From positions 31,976-95,975 of IMG/VR virus record IMGVR_UViG_3300030060_004838: a stretch of 64,000 bases of DNA; one strand, written 5' to 3'. The position numbers were made by a program, and so were the translations under genes. The notes below the pieces were generated by a model. It did not search any database and was not told the origin of the DNA. It saw only the letters and a program-made list of their open reading frames with translations. This stretch comes from a virus. This document shows, one piece after another, positions 36,047 to 47,524 of this stretch (position 1 is its first letter; each line of letters starts with the position of its first letter).

Positions 36047-38241
36047 TCAGTAGCAGTTATTTTAAGATAAGTAGCCATATCAAAAGCGGCTAAAGCATCG
36101 CTTGTAGAAGTTGTTGCAGTAGCCGTTCTAATTACATCAGCAGGAGTTGTAGTACCAGCAGCATTAAGATGTCCACCAGCAGATAAAGAACAGGCTTGAA
36201 CTGTACATGCTTGTTGTGCATAAATAAAGAATGATGTTCCTAATTTACAATTATGGGGTAACATGACAACACCTGAACCTGCATTCATTATAATAGTGCT
36301 ACCTGATTGACTTTGACCTAAAATAGTATTTGCTGTATTAGTAGATACCTTAGCATTCAAATTATTAGAAGTAGAACCAATTACTTTCCAAAATGCTAAC
36401 TCTTGATTATAACCTGTACTGTTAAAATATTCTCCGTGAAATTGGTCTACTTCATAATTTGGTTCTTCTTCTGATGCGTTTCTAACTGCCTGTATAGTTA
36501 TAGATTCATTAGGTCTAATTAATAGTGCTGATTCTGCACCTGCAAGCGTTGGAAATGCGTATAAAGGATTACCATCAATAGAAGGTATTCCGCCTACATG
36601 ATGAGTATTGGCAATACAATTTGTTAAATTAACAGTATGAGCATTATATGTTGTACCTGTATTATCAACAGCATCAAACCCTTTATGCCAGCATTGTTGA
36701 ATTTTAATACCATGTGGCAATTCAGGATTATCAACACAAAATACAAACATAGGTACATTTGCTATATTGGATAAAGTTAATCTTCTACCTGTAAATGACA
36801 TTGGTTTTGCTAAGTGTACAAATGCACCACCACCTAACAACCCATTAGTAGGATTAGATGTTTTTCCTTCTAACATTGTTGTATAAGTAGCATGGGCTGA
36901 ATTACCTGCTGCAATAAATTCTTGATGTAAGATTTGATTTTTAGCCTCTATACCAATGTAAATTACTTCAGCAGTATTAGGGCTAATCATTTGCGAAGGG
37001 TCAAGGGCTAATTGTATAGTAGACCTTGCAGAAATTGTTGTTCCAGCACCTGTTTCATTTAATTTGTAAAGTTTTATTCTTGATGCATTATATGTTCCTA
37101 AGTTACCGATTGTATTATCAGCAGCAATATTTAACCCTTGACTAAAAGTTACAGCCGTAGGGGCAGTATTAAATGTTACAGAACCTCCCGTTACAACAAG
37201 ACTATTAGCAAGAGTCAAATGACCTGCTTCTGTTAATGTAGCAATTGTAGTATTAGTATTATTTACAAAGGTAAAAGTTTGTGTTGTTTCATCATTATCA
37301 CTATCTATTTTGAAAGAGATATTACCATCTGATTTAATTGTTAAATCACCATCAGTCGGTCCAATTAAATCTCCACCACTTACTGTTAAATCCCCTCCTA
37401 TTACTACATTATCATCGGTGTCCATTGTAATTGTGCTTCCTGAGTCTGATGCTTTGATAATATTGCTTCCCACAGTTAAACTACCTGCAATTGACAAATC
37501 TCCATTACCATCAATTGAACCTTTAGAAGCACCACCATATTTAACATCCAATACGGGATTAGTAATTGTACCATCTTGTCCTTCAATAACTGCACCTGCT
37601 TCTCCCCCTGTATTTTTAACATGGAGAATAGGTTTAGAACCTTCACCTCTTTCCATTTGTATTGCGCCTACATTTGTAGAACCATAAAAAGAAATATCTG
37701 TTCCGCTAATACTTACTATTTCAGTACCTGCCGTATTATATATTTTGTCAATAGATTCTGAAAAGGTAGATTTATCATACCCATATAATTGTACATGTCT
37801 ATCTTCTGCATTTGGACTTGAACCACCAACAACCTTTACTAATGCAACGGGTACATCATTAGGCTCTAAATCAGGAACAACGGGAGTAGTAGAATTATTA
37901 CCTGTTCTAACTGCTAATGCCGTACCCGATATTACAATTAAATCATATCTATCATTTGCACCATTAGGATTAGATGCTAATTCAACCGCATTAGGTGTTC
38001 CTTGATATATTCTACCATCTCTCATATATTTTATATTGCCACTAAAACCAAATTGGGTTCTTGTACTACCTGCTGTTTGTTGAAACTGTGCGGAAAGATA
38101 ATCCGCAACAAAGTTTCCTTTATTTGCTTTTGTTATAACTTTGATAAGACCGCTATGAAGGTGGTCTACTCCGTCTGTTAATCCATCTGAACTTGCCGCA
38201 CTAAGGGAAGTTATTTTATCTGTTCCTGTATAATTTACCAT
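36028..38241 (-). CDS. tail fibre protein
   Basis: DRYDLIV..VPVALV anchor domain; GDLTVSG-type beta repeats. Confidence 0.7.
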   Translation of the reverse strand: MVNYTGTDKITSLSAASSDGLTDGVDHLHSGLIKVITKANKGNFVADYLSAQFQQTAGSTRTQFGFSGNIKYMRDGRIYQGTPNAVELASNPNGANDRYDLIVISGTALAVRTGNNSTTPVVPDLEPNDVPVALVKVVGGSSPNAEDRHVQLYGYDKSTFSESIDKIYNTAGTEIVSISGTDISFYGSTNVGAIQMERGEGSKPILHVKNTGGEAGAVIEGQDGTITNPVLDVKYGGASKGSIDGNGDLSIAGSLTVGSNIIKASDSGSTITMDTDDNVVIGGDLTVSGGDLIGPTDGDLTIKSDGNISFKIDSDNDETTQTFTFVNNTNTTIATLTEAGHLTLANSLVVTGGSVTFNTAPTAVTFSQGLNIAADNTIGNLGTYNASRIKLYKLNETGAGTTISARSTIQLALDPSQMISPNTAEVIYIGIEAKNQILHQEFIAAGNSAHATYTTMLEGKTSNPTNGLLGGGAFVHLAKPMSFTGRRLTLSNIANVPMFVFCVDNPELPHGIKIQQCWHKGFDAVDNTGTTYNAHTVNLTNCIANTHHVGGIPSIDGNPLYAFPTLAGAESALLIRPNESITIQAVRNASEEEPNYEVDQFHGEYFNSTGYNQELAFWKVIGSTSNNLNAKVSTNTANTILGQSQSGSTIIMNAGSGVVMLPHNCKLGTSFFIYAQQACTVQACSLSAGGHLNAAGTTTPADVIRTATATTSTSDALAAFDMATYLKITATEWLKVG

Positions 38242-38242
38242 T

Positions 38243-38578
38243 TTAATCTACCTCTAATGTAAAAACTATTTCTATTGATTCTGATGCTGTAAATGGGCCA
38301 AGCGCATTAAAATTAACTCTACCTAACATAATACCAGCCCCATCAAAAACACCTACTTCTTTAATTGTTTGACCTGCTATTGTTGCCCCTGCAAAAGTCG
38401 CTACAAAATCTAATGCTGATTGTCCTGTACTAACCTTTGTAGCAGTTGTACTTGCTAATGGAGAATCTAAATCAGTAGCCATAGGATTTGTAGTATCTCC
38501 CCCTGTTCCTATTTTCATTGTAGTAAATTGAGCACTAATTAAATCTCTAATTTTTGCTTTGCCTGCTTCTGTTATCAT
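38243..38578 (-). CDS. tail tip/baseplate small protein
   Basis: MITEAGKAKI...IKEVGVFD pattern. Confidence 0.6.
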   Translation of the reverse strand: MITEAGKAKIRDLISAQFTTMKIGTGGDTTNPMATDLDSPLASTTATKVSTGQSALDFVATFAGATIAGQTIKEVGVFDGAGIMLGRVNFNALGPFTASESIEIVFTLEVD

Positions 38579-38582
38579 TTTA

Positions 38583-41500
38583 TCACACCGTTAAATCTTC
38601 ATCTAATATTACTTCAGGGGTGGCTAATGTAGTAGCAACAAATCCTATATTACTGTTAAATCCTATTAGGTTATTAAAACCTATTGTAGTATTAGCACCT
38701 AAAGTAGTAGTGCTTTTTGTCACTTTTAATTTCATAGGTTTAATAATTGGTTCTATACCTTCTGTAATAGGTGCAGTTTTATCAGCATACCTATCCCCTC
38801 TTATTTGTCCATCTATCTCTTGATTTTTAATTATTATATCTGTATATTGTGAAGCCATATTTTTACTATATCTCCCAACAATAACTTTAGGTAATTGTCC
38901 AAAAATATTTTGTATTTCTAATACTTGATAAAAACCAATAGGTATTTTTTGTGATGGATAATCTAAAGTAATAATATGTCCAGGTTTTAAATATGGTATT
39001 TTAGTTTTTGAAATACTAAACTTAACTTGTGAATTTAATGAATTAATAGTTTCAAGTTCTGATAAAGCCCTATCACTTGCAGCCTTCTGTGTTTTGATAG
39101 TTAGGTCTGTTATTTCTTTAGATATTGTTCTGCCTATTTCTTTAATAGATTTTCTATCTCTTGCTACACCTTTTACTGCATCACCAAATACAGTAATATT
39201 GTTGAAGAAATCAAAAGTAGATTTGATTCTTTCTATATTACTAACTTGACTGTCAATATCATTTTCTGACAGCACCACATCAGTTTGCCAAATATTAGGT
39301 ATAGAATCAATACTTTTAATATCTCTACCATCAATATACAATCTTTTATTTTTATAACTTAATAATTTATTAATTACATAAAAAGCGTTATTACCTTGAT
39401 AATTATTACCTATAAAATACAAATCGGTATTAGTATCATATTGCGGAGTATATTGCACATTATTATTTTCTAATATACTATTTACTGTTTCATCTACTTC
39501 TTCTACTATATCTACCGTACTTCCTATATTACATCTTTTAGTGGTATTACTTGCAGGACTTCTAAAAGTTGTTATTGTAAATGCTTCACCTATGGAAACA
39601 ATACCCTTTAGATTAACCATGCTTCCAGAAAATATAATTCTATCACGGTCTGTAAATGAACCTGAACCCGTAAATAATAAATCTTTTTGAACATCTTTTA
39701 TACCGTCTGTTAATAAACAATAATAAGACCTGTCTTTTATAAAAGTATTATTACTACCATCAACAGTTGCAAAACTATTTTTTACTCTTTTAACAACATA
39801 ATCTGAATTAGGTTTTCCATCTACATCTAACCCTACATACATAGATAATACTGCTTCATTAGATTCGGTTAATACAGTACTCGGTGAACCTCTTATTGGG
39901 AAAATATTTGAATTACCTATAACTGTATAACATTTTTTCTCAGCAGGCATACGAGTAAATCTATTACTCATTCTATACATTTCAACATCATTAGGTGTAA
40001 ATTCAAAAGTACAATCTTTTGCGATTCTCATAACTCTATAAATTTTAGATAGTTGATGGCTACCACTACTATAAGGTACATTATCTATTTCTAAATAATG
40101 ATTGACTAATGTTCCCGTATGACTAATTTTATGACTAATAATTTGATGTATATGTTCTGGTTCTCCCTCTTGTATTTTACCTCTATCACTATCATTTTGA
40201 AGTGTAACTTCACCTGAATGGCGAGGCGTTTCTGAAACCAAATAATGACCCGTCAAATCATTTACAAATTGAATCCAATGGTTTAATCTTGTAAATGCAT
40301 TATGTGTAGTAGAATTAAGGATTCCATCATTAGTTGCTGAACCAATATCTGATTGTGTAATTTTAATTACTGCTCTACCATTTGTTGTAGAACCGTTAGC
40401 ATTAACAGTTAAACTTCCACTTGTTTGAGATAAATTATCTAATTCTATAACTGATATATTATCTGCAAGAAGACTTAGATTAAATTTAAAAAATATTTCA
40501 GCCCCGTATATTTGGTCTGAATGTTCTAATAAATTATCTCCATCTTCATCCATTACTGTTGCACCACCTGTTGATGATAAAAATCTAAAATCATTTACTC
40601 CTTCAGAACCATATGCTGTACTTCCTGTCCAACCATATGTAGTTCTATTATCATATACTATATTTTTAAAATCATAAGCATAAAATATAGAAGGAAATAC
40701 ACTTCGACTATCTGTTAAACAAAAAGATAAATGTAAGTTCGGTATTGTTGCCCCATCAAATATTTCTTCTTTGTTAAGAGTTGTCTGTTCAATATAATTA
40801 TCTGAACTATCATATCTATAACCTACTTTTGAATGGTCGTGTCCTCTTAACGCTTTTATAATACAAGTAGTATCTGTATATAAATGACTTGGTGCATAAC
40901 CAATAGGTCTATTATTAGCAGTTGCTTGAGTGTCACCCCATTGAGCAAGTGCATCAAATACCCTTGAATATTCTTTTCGAGTAGTTCCTGTACCACTTCT
41001 TGTTGATATATCACTTGTATCAAAAGTAAAACCAACAGTAGAAGTTGGGGTACCAAATTTTAATGCATTTGTTGTAATTGCTTCGTATAAATTATTTCTT
41101 GCAGGTGAGTTATATTGTAAATGGAAAGGAATAAATAAATGAAAACCTTTTTGTTTTTCAGCAGCAGTTTGAGTAGTAATTGTTGTACCTTCTAAATACC
41201 CTTTATAATATTCATCATCATCTTGAATTCCTCCTAAGATTGTAGTATAGTTAAAGAAATAATTTTCTACTGTTCCCGAAGACCATAGTAAAGTATTAGG
41301 TTGATAACTTCCTTCATTTGTACTAATTGTTCCTGCATTTCTTGATTGAGGTTTTATAGTTTGAGATTCAGAAGCAATTTTAGGTTTTCCTGTATAGTCG
41401 CATCTTTTAACAGCAGTTCCATAAATAACATTTTCTAAATTTGTTCCATTTGCTTCTGCATGATTTAAATAAATTCTATGTTCGGTAGTTAAATCAGCAC

Positions 41501-44500
41501 CTGTAAGAGTAATAATAATATCTTGTGAAGAACCAATAGCAGAACCAGCAATAGTAACAGTATTTCCTGCTTCATAAAATGCACCTTTATGATGAACATT
41601 TTTTCCTGAAAATACACTACTCGCTGCTTCATGAAATATTATAGATGATATTGTTGTTGCATTATCTACTATAATATCACATCTAAATCCTATTGCCCTA
41701 TTAGTATTATTAGTTGTTGTTGCTACATTTGTATATGTACCAGCAGTTGCACCAGCAGGTGCTTGAGTAATTCTTGATACTAATTGAGTTGCTAATATTC
41801 CTGTAACTGTATGAAATGCCCCTTGTACAAAATTAGAAGAACCCGAATTTGCTAATCTATAACCACCGTTAATATGTGTTGTTGCTAAAAGATGAGATTG
41901 ATATGTACCAAATAAGTTAGTAATACCAGAATTAAAGTTATTAAAATCTGTATATAAATATACAAAGTCTAATGTTGGTGTTGTAGTAGGTCCATTTGTT
42001 GTAATATAATATGGTATAGCAAGACCATTATGAGCACCTGTATCACTATATGATGAAGTTGGTGAACCACCATCTATACTAAATCCTGTTATATTAGGGT
42101 TGCCCTTAGTTGAAGAAAATACATCAAGTTGAGCATTATTATGTTCTATTAAATCACCTAAAGGTTGTAAATATGAATATCCTCTTTTTCTATTTTTACT
42201 TATATCAGGTAAATTTTCATAATCTACTTCATTAAAATGCCAATCATATGTAACTTCTATTAGTCTTGCTAATCCCATTCTTTTTAATTCAGAAGTATTT
42301 TTATCAGAACCATGTATAGGTAATATTTCGTAACTTGAATCTGATTCTACTGTATCTGATATTCTTCCTTTATAATTACTATGCGCTATACTTGATTCTG
42401 TTTGTGTACCTTTTGTTTTAAAAGTAATAGCATAGTTAGACAAATCTCTATTAATAAACCCTATACTGTTTGTTCTTTTATAACTATCAGGGTATATATC
42501 TCCCGTTGAGAATAAATAAAAGTTTTCTATGCTTTTATCAAATGCTTCATAATTTTCTCTATAACTATAAATTGTATTAGCGGTGTTTGCTGTTATACCA
42601 TCAGGAAAACCTATTCTTTGAGATACTTTAGGATAATAACTTGTTAAACTATTTTCTTTATATGCAAAGGAAGGACTTAATACTGCACCCCATTCAGGCG
42701 GTTGATTTTTAATATCAGTAGGCATTTTAAGAATATCCCAAAATCTTGTACCCTCTATATTATGAAATCCTTCTCTACCTTCAGGTGAATTTTGTTTTAA
42801 CCATATATCTGTTATTACAGATTGATAATCCCATGCTCTAACTGTACCATCATATTCTACTCTAACTGCTGAAGCATAACCTGTAATTTGAGATTTATTA
42901 CCATACATGTTATTTAATTCTCTATTAGTACTACTATACTTAACATCCCAAACTCTATCTAAATATGCATTATTCCAAATCAAAGAACTTTCTGAATCCT
43001 GAAGACCAATATATCTCCATATAAAAGTTCCATAATTATCTTCAAATCTATAATCAATACCATCTGTATTTATAGGGTCATCAATATACCCTGGATTTGT
43101 AAAGGTTTTAGATGCACCATTATTATTAGTTTCACTACTTAGATAATGTAAAAATCCACCATTAGATAGACCTTGTGTATTTACAAAATATATACCTTGA
43201 GAGTTTGTCAAAGTTGTATCTAATGTATTATCAGCAGTTTTCGCTAAAACAACAGGGAAGATAGGTGCTAAAGTAATAAGAGATAGTCTATTTTCTAATG
43301 CTTCTATTTTCAAAACACCCATTTCAGTTGTGCTACTAATTGTATCATAATTTTGTATAGTATTTTCGGCAATATCTGTGGATATATTAAATCTATAATC
43401 AGGTAAATTAGCACTTATTTCATTACCCTTTATATTAGAAATAGGAAATCCTTGTGAAAATTGAGAATCATTAACTTTAAAATCTACTAAAAATTCTTCT
43501 AAAGCCCCTGTTGCAAGGTTAATTTTTTCACCATCAACAAATATTAAACCTTTATTTGAACACCCTTCTAATGAAGTAGGTCTGGTACTATTTGATAAAT
43601 TAGCAGATAAAGCCTTACCTAATGCGGTAGATTTTTTACTAATTTTTAAGTTATCTGCACCGTAGGTTTGATTCTTAGAAGAATAATTTGTTGCTTCTGT
43701 TAAAGTAATATCATATCCAAAGTTAGGGTCGGGAATACTTACTCTTGATGAACCATTCCAATATGTACCTGTTACTGCTGTTTCTGCTGATACACTTTGT
43801 ACTATACCTACTAATCTACATTTACCATTAATATTACAAAATAATGTATCTCCTGCTTTTATTTCTGGTGTAGAACCTAAAGCGTTTGAACTAAATATAC
43901 TAACTACTGTATCTCCATAATCAAAGTCTTTTATATTTACTGCGCCTCCATCAAATGTTAAAGAAGTTAAATCATTAACAGGATTATTTGTACTATAAAT
44001 ATAATCTGATGTATGAGTAAAGTTATCATTAACTACAATATCCAATACTTTAGAAACTTCATCTCTACCTGTTATTTTATACTTTAACACTCCACCTTCT
44101 AAAGAATCTTCCATATATTCTATATTACCTTCAAATATTTTATTATCAAAAATAGCATTACCATTAATATATTCATATAAATTAGGAACATTTTTTACTG
44201 TAAAACTACCCCTAACTTTAGTTTTAATTTGATAACAATCATAAGTATTATACAATGGTCTAACATATTTTAAATTATTATCACCATATTGTATAGGTAT
44301 TCTAAAACCTGTTAAATCTTTATCTCTAATAAATAATTCTGTATTAGATAAAAACGAATCTGCAATTTGTATTGTATTACCATCTCTTAGTAAATTAGTA
44401 CCATCCCAAATAGTATCAATATTAAAATTATTCATAAACAAATTTGTTCTTCCATTATAACTATAAACAAATGCTGTTGCATTTACAATGGGGTCTAATG

Positions 44501-46211
44501 ACCAATCACCTGTACACTCTTGCCAAACACCTTGAGTTAATATATTTCTTCTATGTGTAATTGTTAAAACCTGTTCAAAACCATCTGTTCCTTGAACTGG
44601 GGCTGAATTAAAATCTCCAACAAATATATGATTTCCCACTCTTAATTTATTTAAATTGTCACTATGAGCAGAACCATCAGGGTTTAATGCTGCAACATCA
44701 GAACTTCCCCATATTGTTCTTAAATCTTGAGTTGAATTTAAACCTTTAATTGTTAAACTCCAACCCGTTGTACTTGAGTTAGCATTACCCATTAAAGGAA
44801 TACTCATTCTTCCTTCATACTCAAGTTCATCTATTTCTTCTCTTAAACTTATTTTATCATACTCTTTAAGTTTTAAATCTACTAATCTATTAGGGTCGGG
44901 TATATTTACTTCAACATAATTACCTACATTTACTATTGATTCATAAATATCTATATTTGATACTTGAGGTATTACATTATTTTTAGTATCTGAGTTTTCA
45001 TATTCAATATATCTTTTAATATCTGAATCATAAGATTCTTTACTTAGACCTGTTGAATGGTGTCCATCTCTATTAATATTTTTAAAACATTTATCCCATT
45101 CACCTAAACTTGAATCATAACTATCCATAAAGTTATTTGTACTCCATGTTGAAGCAGCACCACCACCAACAATTTTTTGTTGTATTACCCCTCCTATTTG
45201 TCTTAAATTATCATCAGCAATTTTTAAACTATCTGTTATTAAACCAAATTGACTATATCTTGATTTATCTTTAATAAAATTACCATGAACAGCAGTAGTT
45301 TTAAAACAAATAGATGAACCATGTTTATGTAAATCAGGGGTAGTTAAATGAAATAAACTATGAGCAGTTGCTTGCTTTTTACCAAAATCAAAAGTTAAAT
45401 TACCACCACTAATATGTGCTGAAGTTTTAGTAACTTTATATTTTGTATCTCCTAATAATTTATTAACATCACATCTATCTTCATAAAAATAAAATGTTGG
45501 CCTACTAACTTCTACATATGTATCATGTCTTTCATCACTTGTAGTAGAATCACCTAATAACCCATAACCTACTGCTACTATATGTGTATCAGTTGAATCT
45601 GGACCTTTGTATATACTAATTTTAGTGCCTTTTGGAACTTCTTTATGATATGCAGGTTCAAAATCAAAACCATCTCCTAATACTTCATAAGTATGCAATT
45701 CTGTAATCTTAGCAATATGATGATTTAATGGGTCATCAGCATTTATTATAACAAAATAATCACTTGTAGTATCTAAAGCAGAACCACTAACAATAGTAGA
45801 TAAAGCACTTTGTCCTTCTAAACAAATTCTATTTCCTCTTGTTGCTGCGCTTACTTCTAAATAACTTTCAAGTGTATTATTAAAAGGATAAATTCTATTT
45901 AATACAGAATTAGTAGATGTCCCACCACCACTCCATTGAATATTTCTAACTTCAAAAACACTTGAAGCATTACTTGATAATGGTGTATCAGGTGAATTAT
46001 GTATTTCATAACAATTTATACTTTTACCAACATATGTATTTTTAGTAATTATTCTTGGGTTTTGGCTTACATTAATAAAAGCACTTCTAATATTAGTAGT
46101 TGCGGTATCATCATATGTTCCTGAAGTATGAGGCCATGTAGATGCAGGGCTAAGAAGTGGAACACCTATATTCAAGGGAATAATTGTTGAATTATATTCT
46201 ACATCAACCAT
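38583..46211 (-). CDS. giant tail tip/hub protein (about 2540 aa)
   Basis: IFEGNIE..ITGRD and FNNITVFGD..SIKEIG hub motifs flanking large inserts; start MVDVE. Confidence 0.7.
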   Translation of the reverse strand: MVDVEYNSTIIPLNIGVPLLSPASTWPHTSGTYDDTATTNIRSAFINVSQNPRIITKNTYVGKSINCYEIHNSPDTPLSSNASSVFEVRNIQWSGGGTSTNSVLNRIYPFNNTLESYLEVSAATRGNRICLEGQSALSTIVSGSALDTTSDYFVIINADDPLNHHIAKITELHTYEVLGDGFDFEPAYHKEVPKGTKISIYKGPDSTDTHIVAVGYGLLGDSTTSDERHDTYVEVSRPTFYFYEDRCDVNKLLGDTKYKVTKTSAHISGGNLTFDFGKKQATAHSLFHLTTPDLHKHGSSICFKTTAVHGNFIKDKSRYSQFGLITDSLKIADDNLRQIGGVIQQKIVGGGAASTWSTNNFMDSYDSSLGEWDKCFKNINRDGHHSTGLSKESYDSDIKRYIEYENSDTKNNVIPQVSNIDIYESIVNVGNYVEVNIPDPNRLVDLKLKEYDKISLREEIDELEYEGRMSIPLMGNANSSTTGWSLTIKGLNSTQDLRTIWGSSDVAALNPDGSAHSDNLNKLRVGNHIFVGDFNSAPVQGTDGFEQVLTITHRRNILTQGVWQECTGDWSLDPIVNATAFVYSYNGRTNLFMNNFNIDTIWDGTNLLRDGNTIQIADSFLSNTELFIRDKDLTGFRIPIQYGDNNLKYVRPLYNTYDCYQIKTKVRGSFTVKNVPNLYEYINGNAIFDNKIFEGNIEYMEDSLEGGVLKYKITGRDEVSKVLDIVVNDNFTHTSDYIYSTNNPVNDLTSLTFDGGAVNIKDFDYGDTVVSIFSSNALGSTPEIKAGDTLFCNINGKCRLVGIVQSVSAETAVTGTYWNGSSRVSIPDPNFGYDITLTEATNYSSKNQTYGADNLKISKKSTALGKALSANLSNSTRPTSLEGCSNKGLIFVDGEKINLATGALEEFLVDFKVNDSQFSQGFPISNIKGNEISANLPDYRFNISTDIAENTIQNYDTISSTTEMGVLKIEALENRLSLITLAPIFPVVLAKTADNTLDTTLTNSQGIYFVNTQGLSNGGFLHYLSSETNNNGASKTFTNPGYIDDPINTDGIDYRFEDNYGTFIWRYIGLQDSESSLIWNNAYLDRVWDVKYSSTNRELNNMYGNKSQITGYASAVRVEYDGTVRAWDYQSVITDIWLKQNSPEGREGFHNIEGTRFWDILKMPTDIKNQPPEWGAVLSPSFAYKENSLTSYYPKVSQRIGFPDGITANTANTIYSYRENYEAFDKSIENFYLFSTGDIYPDSYKRTNSIGFINRDLSNYAITFKTKGTQTESSIAHSNYKGRISDTVESDSSYEILPIHGSDKNTSELKRMGLARLIEVTYDWHFNEVDYENLPDISKNRKRGYSYLQPLGDLIEHNNAQLDVFSSTKGNPNITGFSIDGGSPTSSYSDTGAHNGLAIPYYITTNGPTTTPTLDFVYLYTDFNNFNSGITNLFGTYQSHLLATTHINGGYRLANSGSSNFVQGAFHTVTGILATQLVSRITQAPAGATAGTYTNVATTTNNTNRAIGFRCDIIVDNATTISSIIFHEAASSVFSGKNVHHKGAFYEAGNTVTIAGSAIGSSQDIIITLTGADLTTEHRIYLNHAEANGTNLENVIYGTAVKRCDYTGKPKIASESQTIKPQSRNAGTISTNEGSYQPNTLLWSSGTVENYFFNYTTILGGIQDDDEYYKGYLEGTTITTQTAAEKQKGFHLFIPFHLQYNSPARNNLYEAITTNALKFGTPTSTVGFTFDTSDISTRSGTGTTRKEYSRVFDALAQWGDTQATANNRPIGYAPSHLYTDTTCIIKALRGHDHSKVGYRYDSSDNYIEQTTLNKEEIFDGATIPNLHLSFCLTDSRSVFPSIFYAYDFKNIVYDNRTTYGWTGSTAYGSEGVNDFRFLSSTGGATVMDEDGDNLLEHSDQIYGAEIFFKFNLSLLADNISVIELDNLSQTSGSLTVNANGSTTNGRAVIKITQSDIGSATNDGILNSTTHNAFTRLNHWIQFVNDLTGHYLVSETPRHSGEVTLQNDSDRGKIQEGEPEHIHQIISHKISHTGTLVNHYLEIDNVPYSSGSHQLSKIYRVMRIAKDCTFEFTPNDVEMYRMSNRFTRMPAEKKCYTVIGNSNIFPIRGSPSTVLTESNEAVLSMYVGLDVDGKPNSDYVVKRVKNSFATVDGSNNTFIKDRSYYCLLTDGIKDVQKDLLFTGSGSFTDRDRIIFSGSMVNLKGIVSIGEAFTITTFRSPASNTTKRCNIGSTVDIVEEVDETVNSILENNNVQYTPQYDTNTDLYFIGNNYQGNNAFYVINKLLSYKNKRLYIDGRDIKSIDSIPNIWQTDVVLSENDIDSQVSNIERIKSTFDFFNNITVFGDAVKGVARDRKSIKEIGRTISKEITDLTIKTQKAASDRALSELETINSLNSQVKFSISKTKIPYLKPGHIITLDYPSQKIPIGFYQVLEIQNIFGQLPKVIVGRYSKNMASQYTDIIIKNQEIDGQIRGDRYADKTAPITEGIEPIIKPMKLKVTKSTTTLGANTTIGFNNLIGFNSNIGFVATTLATPEVILDEDLTV

Positions 46212-47511
46212 TATCTTTCCCCTCACTAAAATCATAATAAAGCATAATACTTTCAAACGGTGCTACTGTATTAAATATCTGACTATAATTTGTTGTATAT
46301 GTATTGGTAAATAATATACTTTCTATCTCTCCCATAAATTGCGTTTTACGATTATTGGGATATGATAGGGTTGGATTCTGCCCAATATATACATCAGTAT
46401 TATCTAAAGAAAAACTACCTGCGGTTGCCCCATGTGTCGTAGTAGCGACTTCTAAACCATTTACAAAGATACTCATTCTTCTTGTGGCTTGTTCATAACC
46501 GATAGCAATATGTGTGCTACTGTGAATATACATCGGCTCACGCTCAACAGGAACATATACTTTTGCTCTATCTCTAAATGTAGGTATTGGTGAACCTTCG
46601 GGAAGTGGATGAAATGCTATTGAGTGATGTGTAAAAATACCGCCTTTAGGAATAACCAGCATTACTTTACCTAATAATATACCATCTTCCGTGTACATTT
46701 CAGAACCAATAGGTATAGAATTTATTGGTGTTGGTTGATTGCCCGTAGGGTCATATATTACAACTGCCGATTGATTTGTATTTGTATCAAATAGTGAAGT
46801 TGGGTTTGATGATGGGGTATATTTTATTTCCCAACCTTCTGTATATTCATTACCTACATGAAAGAAAGGTGGCTGACCTGCCTCTTTTCCTACTATTTTA
46901 TATCTATCATATACAAATTGTGTATGGTAGTCATCAAATAATGTAACTGTTGTACCATCGGGTCTAACTTGATTTCTTTCTTTAGATACATCTGAGTAAT
47001 GATATTTTCTACTTGTAAATACATTACCTGATTCTAATACTGTTTCTGTACCATTTACTGTTAATTTAAATTGTACTTTATATTCAGCAGGATTATTTTG
47101 ATTATATGTAGTAGTATTAACTAAATTTAGAGTAATATTTGTATTATGAAATAAACACATTGAATGAGTATATCTTTCCGTATTAGGTAAATATTTTTGG
47201 TCTTGATTATCTGTATATACAAAACCAAAGTGATTAACATTATCTGCAATAGAAGGCATAGTTTTTTTATTTGATATATTACCTGCACCACCATTTGATA
47301 CTAAATCAGGATTAGTTTGTTGTGTATTATCTCCATAACCATTTACATCATATGGTTTTACAACAAATTGACCTGTAAAAGAACCATCAATAGACCACAA
47401 ACCATTATTTGTATTCATATTATGCTTTCCATATTCTAAATGAATATGTCCTACGCACATTGTAGGAAATACTAAACATTTTCCCTCATCAACATAAGCA
47501 CTCATTGTCAT
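46204..47511 (-). CDS. LamG/concanavalin-like tail protein
   Basis: HIAIGYE..MSIFVNG..VYIGQ..FMGEI. Confidence 0.7.
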   Translation of the reverse strand: MTMSAYVDEGKCLVFPTMCVGHIHLEYGKHNMNTNNGLWSIDGSFTGQFVVKPYDVNGYGDNTQQTNPDLVSNGGAGNISNKKTMPSIADNVNHFGFVYTDNQDQKYLPNTERYTHSMCLFHNTNITLNLVNTTTYNQNNPAEYKVQFKLTVNGTETVLESGNVFTSRKYHYSDVSKERNQVRPDGTTVTLFDDYHTQFVYDRYKIVGKEAGQPPFFHVGNEYTEGWEIKYTPSSNPTSLFDTNTNQSAVVIYDPTGNQPTPINSIPIGSEMYTEDGILLGKVMLVIPKGGIFTHHSIAFHPLPEGSPIPTFRDRAKVYVPVEREPMYIHSSTHIAIGYEQATRRMSIFVNGLEVATTTHGATAGSFSLDNTDVYIGQNPTLSYPNNRKTQFMGEIESILFTNTYTTNYSQIFNTVAPFESIMLYYDFSEGKDNG

Positions 47512-47524
47512 AAATATACTCTCC